Source: an uncultured delta proteobacterium (lineage in GTDB: Bacteria > Myxococcota_A > Polyangia > Polyangiales > Houyiibacteriaceae). Taken from it: a stretch of 64,000 nt of DNA. A program made the translations under genes and the position numbers. Location of the stretch: NCBI GenBank assembly GCA_963746475.1, contig CAVVBB010000001.1:692154-756153 (forward strand), in the 5' to 3' direction. Positions within the stretch are counted from its first letter, which is position 1, and the number at the start of each line of letters is the position of its first letter. Below, in pieces: positions 28,445-38,529 of this stretch. Below the pieces are notes generated by a model, which saw only the letters and a program-made list of their open reading frames with translations, did no database searches and had not been told where the DNA came from.

Positions 28445-30829
28445 ATGATGCGGATTTGGGGGACCATCTGTTGCGTGGCGCTGCTGGCCGGCTGCCTTCA
28501 GCAGGGCGCAAGCCCGGGCGCGAAGACCGCGCGCCCAGAGATTTGGCCTTCGCCGTCGACGGCGAAGGCGGAGGCGGAGCTCCCGAGCCCTAGTCCAGCG
28601 AGCCAGCCCAGAACCCTGGACCCGGCGATGGTTCGGCTCGGCAAGCATGACGTCGTGATGCAGGTCCGGCAGGCCATCGAGGGCGAAGACTACGCGCAGG
28701 CCAGAGAGCTCGCCGAGGCGAACCTTCCCCGCGCCTCGACGACGAACAAGGGACGCTTGCACTGGCTCGCAGCGCAGGCCGCGTTGAAGGAGGGGAAGAG
28801 CGCCACCGCCCTCGAGCACCTGAGGACGCTCAGCGACATGGGCCATCCCTTGGCGCGCTGGGCCCAGCTCGAGCACGCCACGCTCATCGAACGGAGCGCG
28901 CCCCACGTGGCCGTTCAGCTCTCGGAGCCCCTCACCGATGACTGGGCCGGTCAGCGCCGCGCCCGGCTGGTGGAAGCGGGGGCGCTGGTTCGGATCGGTG
29001 ATCTCGACGGCGCCATCAAACGTTACCGCATCATCGTAGAGGAGACCTCGGCCAAGTACGGAGCCGCCTCTGCGGGCATGCCGCTGGCGCGACTGCTCGA
29101 AGACAAGGGCGATCCGGCCTCCAAAGCCGAGGCGCTGGCGCTATACGCGCGCGTGATTTCGAAGGCTCCGCTGACTCAGGTCGGTCGCGACGCACAGGAG
29201 CGCTACGACGCGCTTTCAGCCAGCATGCCGGGCGCGAGCAGCAGCACGGAGCGCCTACGCACGGCGACCCAGCGCGAGCTCGCCAAGGCAGAGGGTTACT
29301 ACGCGGCCAAGCGTTTCAAGCCCGCCGAACGCGCGTTCGCCCGCGCTCTCAAGCAGATGAAGGTCGGAAGCGATTCCTGGTGCGACGCCCGCTACAAGCA
29401 GGGCCGCTCGATGCTCCAGTTGCGGGAGCGCAGTCAAGGCGCACCGGTGATGGTCGAGGTGGCCGACGAATGCCCCGGCTATGCAGATCGTCCCTGGGCG
29501 AGATTCCACGCCGCCCGCGCCTACAGCCGGACCGGCCAGTGGGATTCGGCCATCGCTCAGTATGAAAAGCTCGAGGCCGAGGCCCCCAAGCACCGACTCG
29601 CGGACGACGCAGCCTTTCGCGCGGCGCTCGTCGAGCTGGAACGCGGCGATGAAAAGGCGGGGATGCGGCGCCTCAGCAACGTCCCGCGGCGCTATCCCGA
29701 CGGGGACATGTGGTCGGAGGCGCTGTTCCGCCTGGGCTGGATGTCGTTTCGCAACAGCGACTACGAGGGCGCTTTTGAGTACTTCGACGAGCTCGCGCAG
29801 CGTGGCGGCGATGGCCACGAAGAGGGTGTGACCGGTCGCGCCTTCTACTGGCGGGCGCGCGCCCTGTACGCGATGGGTCGACGCCTCGACGCCGTGCAGC
29901 AATACGTCGAGATCGCGCAGCGTTGGCCGCTCCGTTATTACGCGCAGCAGTCTCTGGCACGGCTGCACGAAATCGTCCCGGAACGCGCGGAGCAAATCGT
30001 CAGCAAGATGCGCGAGCCAGATCCGACCCGGATCGTCTTCGCCTGGCGACCAGAGTTCGACGCGCCTGCATTTGAACGAGCCATCGAGCTGCTCGCCGTC
30101 GGGGAGGTCACCTACGCCTCGGCAGAGATGTACGCACTGCAGATGCTGGGCGAGGACCTGGACCCCGAGCTCGCCGTCGTCGGAGCCATTTTGCTGCAAT
30201 ACGCAGGCGCTGAAATGCGGCTAGACCGGGCCATTCGTGAGCACTTCGAAGACTTCGAGGGTCTGATGCCCAAGGGCGAGGGGCGGCTCATCTGGGAGGT
30301 CGCCTACCCGAAGGCGTTTTCGCCTCTGATCGAAAAGACCGCGGAGCGCGAGGCGCTGCCGCCCTCATTCGTGCGCGCTGTCGCCCGGGAGGAGAGCAGC
30401 TTCAACCCCGAGGCCGTCTCCTGGGCTCAGGCCTACGGACTCGTGCAGCTCATCATGCCGACCGCCAAGCGCTTTGCCGAAGAGGTCGGCGTTCGAGCCA
30501 CGCCCTACACGCTCAAAAGGCCCGAGGTGAACCTCAAGATCGGCGCTCGCTACATGGCCTGGCTCTGGGAGCGCTTCGAGGAAAACCCGGCGCTCGTTCC
30601 GTCGGCGTACAACGCCGGCGAGGGCGCGGTGCGACGCTGGCTCGAACAAGACTCGAGCCGACCGCTGGACATCTTCGTCGAAGAGATCCCTTTCGACGAG
30701 ACGCGCCGGTACACGCGCCGCGTCCTTCAAACCTACGGCGTCTACGAGTGGCTCAGCACCGAGGAGCTTCCACCGCTTCACTCCAAGGTTCCCCAGCCTC
30801 AAGTCCCCCAGCGCTACAGCAAGCTCTAG
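28445..30829 (+). CDS. slt: soluble lytic murein transglycosylase (Slt70-like) lipoprotein
   Basis: The signal is MMRIWGTICCVALLAGC (lipobox). A long helical/TPR-like region follows, and the C-terminal SLT domain has EESSFNPEAVSWAQAYGLVQLIMPTA. Confidence 0.85.
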   Translation: MMRIWGTICCVALLAGCLQQGASPGAKTARPEIWPSPSTAKAEAELPSPSPASQPRTLDPAMVRLGKHDVVMQVRQAIEGEDYAQARELAEANLPRASTTNKGRLHWLAAQAALKEGKSATALEHLRTLSDMGHPLARWAQLEHATLIERSAPHVAVQLSEPLTDDWAGQRRARLVEAGALVRIGDLDGAIKRYRIIVEETSAKYGAASAGMPLARLLEDKGDPASKAEALALYARVISKAPLTQVGRDAQERYDALSASMPGASSSTERLRTATQRELAKAEGYYAAKRFKPAERAFARALKQMKVGSDSWCDARYKQGRSMLQLRERSQGAPVMVEVADECPGYADRPWARFHAARAYSRTGQWDSAIAQYEKLEAEAPKHRLADDAAFRAALVELERGDEKAGMRRLSNVPRRYPDGDMWSEALFRLGWMSFRNSDYEGAFEYFDELAQRGGDGHEEGVTGRAFYWRARALYAMGRRLDAVQQYVEIAQRWPLRYYAQQSLARLHEIVPERAEQIVSKMREPDPTRIVFAWRPEFDAPAFERAIELLAVGEVTYASAEMYALQMLGEDLDPELAVVGAILLQYAGAEMRLDRAIREHFEDFEGLMPKGEGRLIWEVAYPKAFSPLIEKTAEREALPPSFVRAVAREESSFNPEAVSWAQAYGLVQLIMPTAKRFAEEVGVRATPYTLKRPEVNLKIGARYMAWLWERFEENPALVPSAYNAGEGAVRRWLEQDSSRPLDIFVEEIPFDETRRYTRRVLQTYGVYEWLSTEELPPLHSKVPQPQVPQRYSKL

Positions 30830-30873
30830 AAAACCCATCTCGCGCACGAGCATCTGATTCAGCCGACCAGCCG

Positions 30874-32655
30874 TCAGGGTACCTGGCCCTGAAGCTGCGT
30901 CAGCAGGCTGCCGAGCTCCATGGCCTTCGAGACGTCGCCGTCGATTCGAAGCTTGCCCTGGACGAAGGCGACCTGCGGATCGAGCTGCCCGGTGAAGATC
31001 TGATGAAGGTGGTCCCCGCGGATGCTCAGCTTGGCATCGGCCGTATCGGAGGACCCGGACTCGACGGACCGCGCGTCCAAGTTCACGAGCCAATCTTGCT
31101 CACTCTTGCCGGTCACGTGAAACTGAAGCTCGCCGGTCCCGAGCGGCCGTTCCGCGGTCCAGGACTGGAGCAGGTCTTTCATCTGCTCGAAAAGCGGAGC
31201 TAGGTCCAGATCCTGTTCTGCGTGTCGATCCTGCGCTGAAGCATCCTGCGCCGCCCGCAGCTCTAGCGCACGCTCCTCGAGCTCGTTCGCCGCTTCGCGC
31301 AGATACCGAGAGAAGTCGTCCAGGTCGGGCATGACCGATGGACAGGAAGTTGGGCTCAGGGACAGAACGCCGTTGTAGCTGAAGACTGTGATGATGAGCC
31401 CCATGCCGTCGATGATGGGTGCCATACCCATGGTCGCGAAGAGCTTGTGGCCGGCAACGTACATGTCCTGCTGCGGCCCGGGCACGTTGGTGATGACGCA
31501 GTTGAAGAGCGGCCTGTGCCTTTCCGCCATCTGGAAGCGGGAGTACAGACGCGAAGCCCGGCCTGCCAAGCCGAACGGCACGAACTCAGCGACGTCTGCG
31601 AGCGTATTCGCGCCGACCGCGCTCTGATGCGCCTTGCCGCCTTGGACGCCCGCCTTGATGGCCTGCACCCTGTCGACTGGATCTTCGATCTCCGTCCTGA
31701 GCTCGACGAGCATGGCGGAGATCTGGTTGCCCCCTGTCCCATGCGCCTCCTTGGGACGGGTCGAGATCGGTACCATCGCTACCAGAGACTCCTCGGGCAG
31801 CGCATCCTTTTCGGCGAGATAACGACGCAGGGCACTGGCGCAGATGCCGAGCACGACGTCGTTGAGCGTGCAGCAGAGCACGTCCTTCACGAGCTTGACC
31901 CGGTCGAGGTCCAGGAGGGCCGTGTTCCAGATGCGCTCCGGCGAGATGAGGTGATTGAGCGGCGTCGGAGGTGCGGTAAAAGGTGCCGGTGGGGCGTCGT
32001 GACCTCGAGACCGAACTTGCTGACCCGCCCGTGCCGTTTGCACCAGCTCACGCACGAGCTGCGGAACGAGGGCAGGCTTGCCTGCGGTCTTGCGCATGGT
32101 GCGCCCGAGCATGGTGAGCTCGTTGGGGATGGGCTCGACGATCCGCGGTGGCGGCGGCTTCACCGAGCGTGGCTCGCGAGTCACGTCGAACAGAACGCTC
32201 ATCATGTCGGCGCCCGAAACGCCATCGACGGCTGCATGATGCACCTTGCTGATCAACGCGACCGAGCCGGGCGGAAGCTGGGGAATCTGGTCGAGTCCTT
32301 CGACGAAGACCATATCCCAGAGCGGCCGTCTGCGATCCAAAGGGCGGCTGAAGATCCGCGCTGCCAGAGTGCGGAGCTCCCTCCAGCTTCCCGGACGCGG
32401 CAAGCCCACATGTTGGAGGTGCATGTGGATGTTGAAGTCCGGGTCGTCCGCCCAGTAGGGCTTGCCCAAGCCGAGAGGCACCATCACGAGTCTCTGCCGC
32501 AGCTTCGGCACCAGGTGAACGCGTGAGGCAAGCGTGTCCCGGAAGTCATCGAACTTCATGGAGCCTTCGAACACGAGAACGCTGCCGACGTGCATCGGCG
32601 TGTGCGCGTCTTCGAGGTAGAGGAAAGAAGCGTCCAGGCCGGTAAGCGGTTCCAC
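30874..32655 (-). CDS. wax ester synthase/diacylglycerol acyltransferase (WS/DGAT) fused to a C-terminal SCP2-like domain
   Basis: GTG start. The N-terminus is LTGLDASFLYLEDAHTPMHVG and the active site is HHAAVDG. The C-terminal ~110 aa (GDHLHQIFTGQLDPQVAFVQGKLRIDGDVSKAMELGSLL) look SCP2-like. Confidence 0.85.
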   Translation of the reverse strand: MEPLTGLDASFLYLEDAHTPMHVGSVLVFEGSMKFDDFRDTLASRVHLVPKLRQRLVMVPLGLGKPYWADDPDFNIHMHLQHVGLPRPGSWRELRTLAARIFSRPLDRRRPLWDMVFVEGLDQIPQLPPGSVALISKVHHAAVDGVSGADMMSVLFDVTREPRSVKPPPPRIVEPIPNELTMLGRTMRKTAGKPALVPQLVRELVQTARAGQQVRSRGHDAPPAPFTAPPTPLNHLISPERIWNTALLDLDRVKLVKDVLCCTLNDVVLGICASALRRYLAEKDALPEESLVAMVPISTRPKEAHGTGGNQISAMLVELRTEIEDPVDRVQAIKAGVQGGKAHQSAVGANTLADVAEFVPFGLAGRASRLYSRFQMAERHRPLFNCVITNVPGPQQDMYVAGHKLFATMGMAPIIDGMGLIITVFSYNGVLSLSPTSCPSVMPDLDDFSRYLREAANELEERALELRAAQDASAQDRHAEQDLDLAPLFEQMKDLLQSWTAERPLGTGELQFHVTGKSEQDWLVNLDARSVESGSSDTADAKLSIRGDHLHQIFTGQLDPQVAFVQGKLRIDGDVSKAMELGSLLTQLQGQVP

Positions 32656-32712
32656 GGAAGGCCTCCCAGGCTTAGAGACTACACCGCCCAGCGGCGCGCG
32701 CCCAGGGCCTAC

Positions 32713-33798
32713 TCAGGAAGGCTGGAAGGTCGCGGCCAGATCCTTGAGCAGGCGCTTCTGTTCCCGGCTCAATTTGCGGGGTACTTCGAGCTCGACGACG
32801 CAGATCAGGTCGCCTCGGCCGCGGCCGCGTAAGTCCGGGACACCGGCCCCGCGAACCCGAAGGCTGTCGCCCGCCTGTGTTCCAGCGGGCACCTTGAGCG
32901 TCTGCGTGGCATCCGGATCTTCGTCGAGCACCGGGACTTCGATCTTGGTACCGAGCGCCGCCTCCGGATAGTTGAGCTTCAAACGGTACATGAGGTCCTG
33001 ACCGTTGCGCTCGAACTGTGGGTCCCGCTCCACATACACGGTCACGTAGAGGTCTCCGGCCGGGCCTCCGCGCGAGCCGGCCTGTCCTTTGCCCGCGAGC
33101 CGCAGGCTCTGCCCGGTTTCGACGCCGCCTGGCACGTTGACTTTGACAATTCGCTCCGAATCGATCTGGCCCGCACCGCTGCAGTCCCCGCAGGCTTCGG
33201 CCGCCGTGCTGCCCTGACCCCGGCAAGCCGGACAGGTCGTCGTCATCACGAAGGCGCCTTGAGCCCGTGCGACCTGACCGCGTCCACCGCAGGTCCCGCA
33301 AGACTGAAGCTGCCCGCCCTTGGCACCGGTGCCGTGACAGCTCTGGCAGGGCGTCGGGTGGGCGAGGTTCACGTCGCGCTTGGCGCCAAACGCTGCCTCG
33401 CGCAGCGACAGCACGAGCTCTGTCTTCACGTCGGCCCCGCGCGAAGGGGCGTTCGGATCGCGACGGCGTCCACCAAAGCCGCCAAAGCCGAAACCCCCGC
33501 CGAAGATCTCGCCGAAGATGTCTTGGAACTGGCTGAAAATGTCGCCGACGTTGTTGAATCCGGGCGCACCCGCACCGCCGAGCCCGGCATGGCCAAACTG
33601 GTCGTACAGTCGGCGTTTTTCCGCATCGCTCAGGACGGCATAGGCCTCCGAGCAGAGCTTGAAGGTGTCCTCCGCAGCGGGGTCTGAGTTTCTGTCAGGA
33701 TGAAACTCGAGCGCCTTTTTGCGGTAGGCCTTTTTGATTTCGACCGTGGTGCTCGTCCGTTGGACATCGAGGACTTCGTAGTAATCAGGCTTGGCCAT
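32713..33798 (-). CDS. dnaJ: molecular chaperone DnaJ (type I, with zinc-finger domain)
   Basis: The J domain is MAKPDYYEVLDV...KKAYRKKALEFHPDRN. A G/F-rich linker follows, and there are four CxxCxGxG repeats. Confidence 0.9.
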   Translation of the reverse strand: MAKPDYYEVLDVQRTSTTVEIKKAYRKKALEFHPDRNSDPAAEDTFKLCSEAYAVLSDAEKRRLYDQFGHAGLGGAGAPGFNNVGDIFSQFQDIFGEIFGGGFGFGGFGGRRRDPNAPSRGADVKTELVLSLREAAFGAKRDVNLAHPTPCQSCHGTGAKGGQLQSCGTCGGRGQVARAQGAFVMTTTCPACRGQGSTAAEACGDCSGAGQIDSERIVKVNVPGGVETGQSLRLAGKGQAGSRGGPAGDLYVTVYVERDPQFERNGQDLMYRLKLNYPEAALGTKIEVPVLDEDPDATQTLKVPAGTQAGDSLRVRGAGVPDLRGRGRGDLICVVELEVPRKLSREQKRLLKDLAATFQPS

Positions 33799-33879
33799 AG
33801 CGATACGTCGAAAGAGGAAGGAATCCGCAAAGCAACTTAAGTCGACTCGGGAACCGGTCAAGGGGTTGAATTTTAGGGC

Positions 33880-35346
33880 TTATGCGGGCTTCGCAGCGCC
33901 TTCTGTGTGCCGATGCAGGACATCTTGCACCAGTCCCGCAGGCAGACGCTGGTCCCGCTGAAAAGCGCGCATGTGCAAGATCGGCTCGCCGCCGAGGTCG
34001 GCGGCTGTACGGCCGTGGACCTGCTGCAGGTACTTGCGGGGCTCGAAGGGGACGAGATTGGACGCCGCTTGGGAACCCACGCGACCCAGCAAGTCGAGCA
34101 GAGCGCGGAGCGAGTTCATCTTCATGTAGGGACAAGTCGCGCAACCGCCGGCGGTCGAGCAGCCTTCGCCACCCGCAACGCCGGGAACGACACCTAGCCC
34201 GCTCTGCGGATCCTGGGCGACCGCCTCGCTCGCGACCGGAAAGATGATCTCCACCTCGATGGCCGCGCCGCCCTCGGAGGCGAAGTCTCGCAGCTTCGCC
34301 TGCACCTCGCGCACGATGGGCGTGATCATCCCCGCTTCGGTGCCGAGCACGAAGCGCAGCGTCGCGCTCTCTCCGAGCGCAATGCCCTCGTCGACCTTCG
34401 ACGTGATGAAGCTGAGGATGTTCGAAGTGCTCCCGACGACGCCGTCGCCACGGCTTTGTGCCTGCAGCCCGAGCGCGAACATCTCCCCAGGGACCTCCAA
34501 GTGCGCCGTCACGAACGCGTCCGGATAGGACTGCCGCACTCGCGCGACGACCTCGTGGCCGAACAGGTGGTGAACGATGCAAGTGCCCTGCTCGAAATAA
34601 TGGAACCGGGGGAGCAGCGATTGCACGCTTTCACGGTCGTGCTCCGGATGAAGCCGACGAATGTCCTCGTCCGGCATCTGAGCCAGGGCTGCAAACATGT
34701 GGGCCAGGTTCTCGCCCATGTACGTGTCGGGGCCGAACCAGATGTGCACGTCCGTAATCTGCGCCGCAGCCTGGAGCACGGTCTGGACGACGTTCGAAGA
34801 AGTGCAGGTGATCGTGGGGACGATCCCGTGTGCCTTGGCCTTAGTGATCAGGCTCGTGTTGATGTAGATGACGTGCAGGCTGTGCGGCGTTTGGGAAGCG
34901 AGCGTAAGATAAGCGCCGTACGCGGGCGCCTCGGCGGACTCTGCCAGGGAGCAGCCGATCGGCTCGGTCACCACGCGGTACACCGCGACGTCTTCATGCC
35001 CCGAAGCGTCGAGCATGGCCCGGACGTTCTCACTCATGAAGTCGACACCGAGGACCGCAATGGTTGACACGCCCTGCTCGGCCATCCGGATCGCCCGATC
35101 GGCCATAGCCAACGAATCGGAGACGTGGATGTGCGGCCAGTCGCAAGCCGAGAGAACACCTTGGAGCTCCGGGTCCATGTAGAAATGCGCTACGACGCCA
35201 ACGTTCTTTTCGCGCAGGAGCCTCGAAAGCTCGGTGACGCGGCTTGCATCGGGATGCAGGAAAGCGGCCTGCGCCTCCGCAAACGCGCCTTGTGGGGTCA
35301 GCGTGTCTGCCGTCACGCGTAGAGTCGGGAAAACGGGAAGCGTCAT
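33880..35346 (-). CDS. nadA: quinolinate synthase NadA (long form)
   Basis: VVAHFYMDPELQ is present, along with a three-fold repeat architecture and the cluster-ligand region CSTAGGCATCPYMKMNSL. Confidence 0.88.
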   Translation of the reverse strand: MTLPVFPTLRVTADTLTPQGAFAEAQAAFLHPDASRVTELSRLLREKNVGVVAHFYMDPELQGVLSACDWPHIHVSDSLAMADRAIRMAEQGVSTIAVLGVDFMSENVRAMLDASGHEDVAVYRVVTEPIGCSLAESAEAPAYGAYLTLASQTPHSLHVIYINTSLITKAKAHGIVPTITCTSSNVVQTVLQAAAQITDVHIWFGPDTYMGENLAHMFAALAQMPDEDIRRLHPEHDRESVQSLLPRFHYFEQGTCIVHHLFGHEVVARVRQSYPDAFVTAHLEVPGEMFALGLQAQSRGDGVVGSTSNILSFITSKVDEGIALGESATLRFVLGTEAGMITPIVREVQAKLRDFASEGGAAIEVEIIFPVASEAVAQDPQSGLGVVPGVAGGEGCSTAGGCATCPYMKMNSLRALLDLLGRVGSQAASNLVPFEPRKYLQQVHGRTAADLGGEPILHMRAFQRDQRLPAGLVQDVLHRHTEGAAKPA

Positions 35347-35394
35347 CTGAGTTTCGCCTTGAATTCAGGCTATATGTCTTGCTGGTCCCCCCCC

Positions 35395-36549
35395 ATGTCA
35401 AGCCAAGCCCGGCCAACCTCGGTCTACATCCACTTTCCCTGGTGTGCGCGCAAATGTCCGTACTGCGACTTCGCGACCAGGCCCATGCGCCCCGAAGCCG
35501 TAGCACACGAGGCGTATGCCGAAGCGGTGCTCGCCGAGCTGCAAGCGCGCGCGCCGTCCCTGCATGGACGCGAGCTGAAGTCCATCTTCTTCGGCGGGGG
35601 AACTCCCTCACTGTGGAAGCCCGAAGTGCTCGGACGGGTGAGCCAGCGGATCGCAGCCGCATTCGAACGCCGGACCGACGAGCTCGAGATCACCGTCGAG
35701 TGCAACCCGAGCTCGCTCTCTCGAGCGCATGCGGCGGCGCTGGTCGAGCAAGGCGTCAACCGGATCTCGATCGGCGTGCAGTCTCTGCGGGACGAGCATC
35801 TCAGTTTTTTGGGCCGCCTGCACGACCGGAAAATGGCCCTCGAGGCCCTCGAGGGCGCCGTGCGTGAAGTGCCGCGCGTGAGCGCCGACCTGATGTTCGG
35901 CATGCCCGGACAGACGGTGGAGCGCTTCTCCGAAGACATCGAGCAGCTACTGGGGACCGGCATCGAGCACGTGTCCTCCTATGCGCTCACCATCGAGCCC
36001 GAGACGCCGTTTGGCGCACTGCACCGACGCGGCAAGCTTCGAGTCTGTACCGACGAGCTTTATGCGGAGCTCTTCGAGCACGCCCAGGCCTGCTTCGAGG
36101 CAGCGGGCTGGACGCAGTACGAGGTCTCGAACTACGCGCGACCCGGACAGGAGTCCCGACACAACGCGCACTACTGGGAAGGCGGGGATTACCTGGGCCT
36201 CGGCGCGGCGGCGGTAGGCTGCCTGTCGGAGGCCCCAGGGCGAGCGCTGCGATGGCGAAACGCGCTCGACCCCGACCGGTACGTCGCGAAGCCAGGGGCG
36301 GACGCCGAAATCGAGCGGCTCGGGCCACAGGATCTCGTGCGCGAATCACTCATGCTCGGCCTGCGAACGAAACGGGGCATGGACCTAGCGGAGACCGCGA
36401 CCCGATCGGGCACCGACCCGCGCCTGGGGCGGGAACGCGCCCTGGAGCACGCGCTGAACCAGGGGGACCTGGTGCAGGAGGGAGCGAGGCTTCGCGTCCC
36501 GAAAGAACGCTGGCTGCGCCTCGACGGAATTGTGCGGGAGTTGTTCTAG
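35395..36549 (+). CDS. hemW: radical SAM heme chaperone HemW / HemN-like oxygen-independent coproporphyrinogen oxidase family
   Basis: VYIHFPWCARKCPYCDF carries the CxxxCxxC radical SAM motif. GGGTPS is present. The length of ~385 aa is typical of HemW. Confidence 0.85.
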   Translation: MSSQARPTSVYIHFPWCARKCPYCDFATRPMRPEAVAHEAYAEAVLAELQARAPSLHGRELKSIFFGGGTPSLWKPEVLGRVSQRIAAAFERRTDELEITVECNPSSLSRAHAAALVEQGVNRISIGVQSLRDEHLSFLGRLHDRKMALEALEGAVREVPRVSADLMFGMPGQTVERFSEDIEQLLGTGIEHVSSYALTIEPETPFGALHRRGKLRVCTDELYAELFEHAQACFEAAGWTQYEVSNYARPGQESRHNAHYWEGGDYLGLGAAAVGCLSEAPGRALRWRNALDPDRYVAKPGADAEIERLGPQDLVRESLMLGLRTKRGMDLAETATRSGTDPRLGRERALEHALNQGDLVQEGARLRVPKERWLRLDGIVRELF

Positions 36550-36578
36550 TCGACTTTCGCCCGCTAGACTGCGGCCCC

Positions 36579-37235
36579 GTGAGCATCGATTTCGAGGAAG
36601 TGGCTGTGACCGATCTTGCGAAATCGTATGGTCCGACGCTCGCCCTCACGGGCGTCAACCTCAGCTTCGAGGCGGGAAGCTTGACGCTCATCCAGGGCGC
36701 GAACGGCTCCGGCAAGTCCACCTTGCTCTGGTTGCTCGCGCTCCTCGCGAGACCGAGCCGGGGTCAGATCCGCTACGGCCGCTACGGCGCCGAGCATGCC
36801 GACCTGCTGCGGGGCCGAATTGGCTTTCTGGCGCACCAGCTTCAGCTGTATCCGGGGCTCACGGGCAAGGAGAACCTGGAGCTCGCCGCGAAGCTGCACG
36901 AGATCCCCGGCGCCGCAGAGCGCGTCGACGGGATGCGCGCTGTGCTGAAGCTGGACGACTACTGGAACCGGCCGCTTCGAACCTACTCGCGCGGCCAGGC
37001 ACAGCGCATCGCGATCGCGCGGACCCTGCTGCACGAGCCTCGGCTCCTGCTGATGGATGAGCCTTCCACCGGTCTCGACGCGGGATCCGCAGAGGCGCTG
37101 CTACGGCTCACCGAAGAGCAAAAGGCGCGAGGGGCGATCATCCTCATCGTCAGCCACGAGCTTCACTTCGCCAAAGACATCACCGACCGGGTGCTACAGC
37201 TTCGCCGCGGGCGACTCCTGGAGGCCGAGGCATGA
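36579..37235 (+). CDS. ccmA: ABC transporter ATP-binding protein, CcmA-like heme exporter subunit
   Basis: GTG at 36579. The Walker A is GANGSGKST, the signature is YSRGQAQR and the Walker B is LLLMDEP. It overlaps the following CcmB-like gene by 4 nt. The long upstream extension of the track ORF is rejected. Confidence 0.7.
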   Translation: MSIDFEEVAVTDLAKSYGPTLALTGVNLSFEAGSLTLIQGANGSGKSTLLWLLALLARPSRGQIRYGRYGAEHADLLRGRIGFLAHQLQLYPGLTGKENLELAAKLHEIPGAAERVDGMRAVLKLDDYWNRPLRTYSRGQAQRIAIARTLLHEPRLLLMDEPSTGLDAGSAEALLRLTEEQKARGAIILIVSHELHFAKDITDRVLQLRRGRLLEAEA

Positions 37236-37912
37236 AGACCCTGCGCGCCGCGATGCTCGTGCTCCTGAAGGATCTGCAGCTCGAGCTTCGGACCAAGGAG
37301 ATTTTGACGGCCACGGGGCTTTTTGCGGTCCTCGTCGTCGTGCTGGGCTCCCTGGCCTTCTACACGGATCGGAACAGCTCGGCGCAGGTCGCGCCCGGCG
37401 TGCTCTGGATCTCGATCCTGTTCTGCGGGATCTTGCTCATCGGTCGAAGCTGGGCGCTCGAGCGGGAAAACGACGCGATTTTCGGCCTGCTCGTCGCGCC
37501 GATTCCACGCGCGTCGATCTACATCGGCAAAATGCTGAGTGCGCTGCTGCTGCTCTTCCTCGTCGAGCTCCTGCTGGTCCCGCTCTGCCTCATCTTCTTT
37601 CAGCTCGAAAGCAGCGGCCACACGCTGTGGCTGCTCGCGCTCGTGTTTCTGGGCTCCGTCGGCTTCGTGGCCACGGCGACCCTCTTCTCGGCTGTGGGCA
37701 TTCGGACGCGCGCCCGCGACCTGATGCTCAGCGTGCTCGTCTTTCCCCTGGTCGCCCCTGCGCTGCTCGCCTCGGCCGTCGCCACCCGCGAGCTCTTCGC
37801 CGGCGCTTCGCTGGACGAGCTGCTCAGCTGGATGCGCATCCTGGCGGCCTTCGACCTCGTCTTCGTGAGCGTGAGCATCTGGATCTCTCGCTACCTGCTC
37901 TCCGAGAGCTGA
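37232..37912 (+). CDS. ccmB: heme exporter protein CcmB-like membrane subunit
   Basis: Six predicted TM segments are present. The N-terminus MKTLRAAMLVLLKDLQLELRTKE is typical of CcmB. It is coupled to ccmA. Confidence 0.75.
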   Translation: MKTLRAAMLVLLKDLQLELRTKEILTATGLFAVLVVVLGSLAFYTDRNSSAQVAPGVLWISILFCGILLIGRSWALERENDAIFGLLVAPIPRASIYIGKMLSALLLLFLVELLLVPLCLIFFQLESSGHTLWLLALVFLGSVGFVATATLFSAVGIRTRARDLMLSVLVFPLVAPALLASAVATRELFAGASLDELLSWMRILAAFDLVFVSVSIWISRYLLSES

Positions 37913-37914
37913 GC

Positions 37915-38520
37915 TCAGCGGTAGGCGCGAATCAAGTCGAGGGTGACCGGGTTCGACCAGTCGAGGGCCCCGTCGTAGCGGAAACGGACGAGACCGTCTC
38001 CGTCGATGATCCAGGTTTCGGGATAGAGTTTGGTACCGAAGCGGTCCGTCACGACCTTCGTCTCGGAGTCGAGCAGATGAGTGATCCGCGACTCGCGCTC
38101 GATGACGGCGTTTACCTCGGCCCAGCTCTGGTCCGTGGACACCGCGACGACCTCCACGTCATCCCAGTTCTCGGCGATCTGCGCGAGGGTCTCGATCGTG
38201 GGCATCTCCTGGATGCAGGGCTTGCAGGTCACGGTCCAGAAGTTCATCACGATGACTTTTCCGCGATGCTCCGACAGCGTCCAAGGCTCCCCGTTTCGCT
38301 GTGGCAGGGTGAAGTCCGGCGCGCTCAGTCGGCTCCCGAGATAGTGCGGGAAGCCGCCCCTGCCCTCCATGAGCTCGTCGAACCGTCCGTTGCCGACGAG
38401 CGCGCGGAACGGCCCTTCGAGAGCGCGTTGCCGCGCGTCGGCGACAGCCCCCGTGAAGAGAAACACCATGGGGAGTGCGATCAACACCACGATGAACGTG
38501 GCCCATGCCTTGCGCTGCAC
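37915..38520 (-). CDS. TlpA/ResA/DsbE-family thiol:disulfide oxidoreductase (membrane anchored)
   Basis: GTG start. An N-terminal TM anchor is followed by the thioredoxin-fold motif VIVMNFWTVTCKPCIQEMP (CxxC). Confidence 0.8.
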   Translation of the reverse strand: MQRKAWATFIVVLIALPMVFLFTGAVADARQRALEGPFRALVGNGRFDELMEGRGGFPHYLGSRLSAPDFTLPQRNGEPWTLSEHRGKVIVMNFWTVTCKPCIQEMPTIETLAQIAENWDDVEVVAVSTDQSWAEVNAVIERESRITHLLDSETKVVTDRFGTKLYPETWIIDGDGLVRFRYDGALDWSNPVTLDLIRAYR

Positions 38521-38529
38521 CTGCCCTGC

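Noticed and set aside
36252-36578. Upstream 109-aa extension of the CcmA-like ORF.
   Set aside because: It overlaps the 3' end of hemW in another frame and is Arg/Pro/Gly-rich. The ABC ATPase homology begins at the GTG at 36579, just after the hemW stop.
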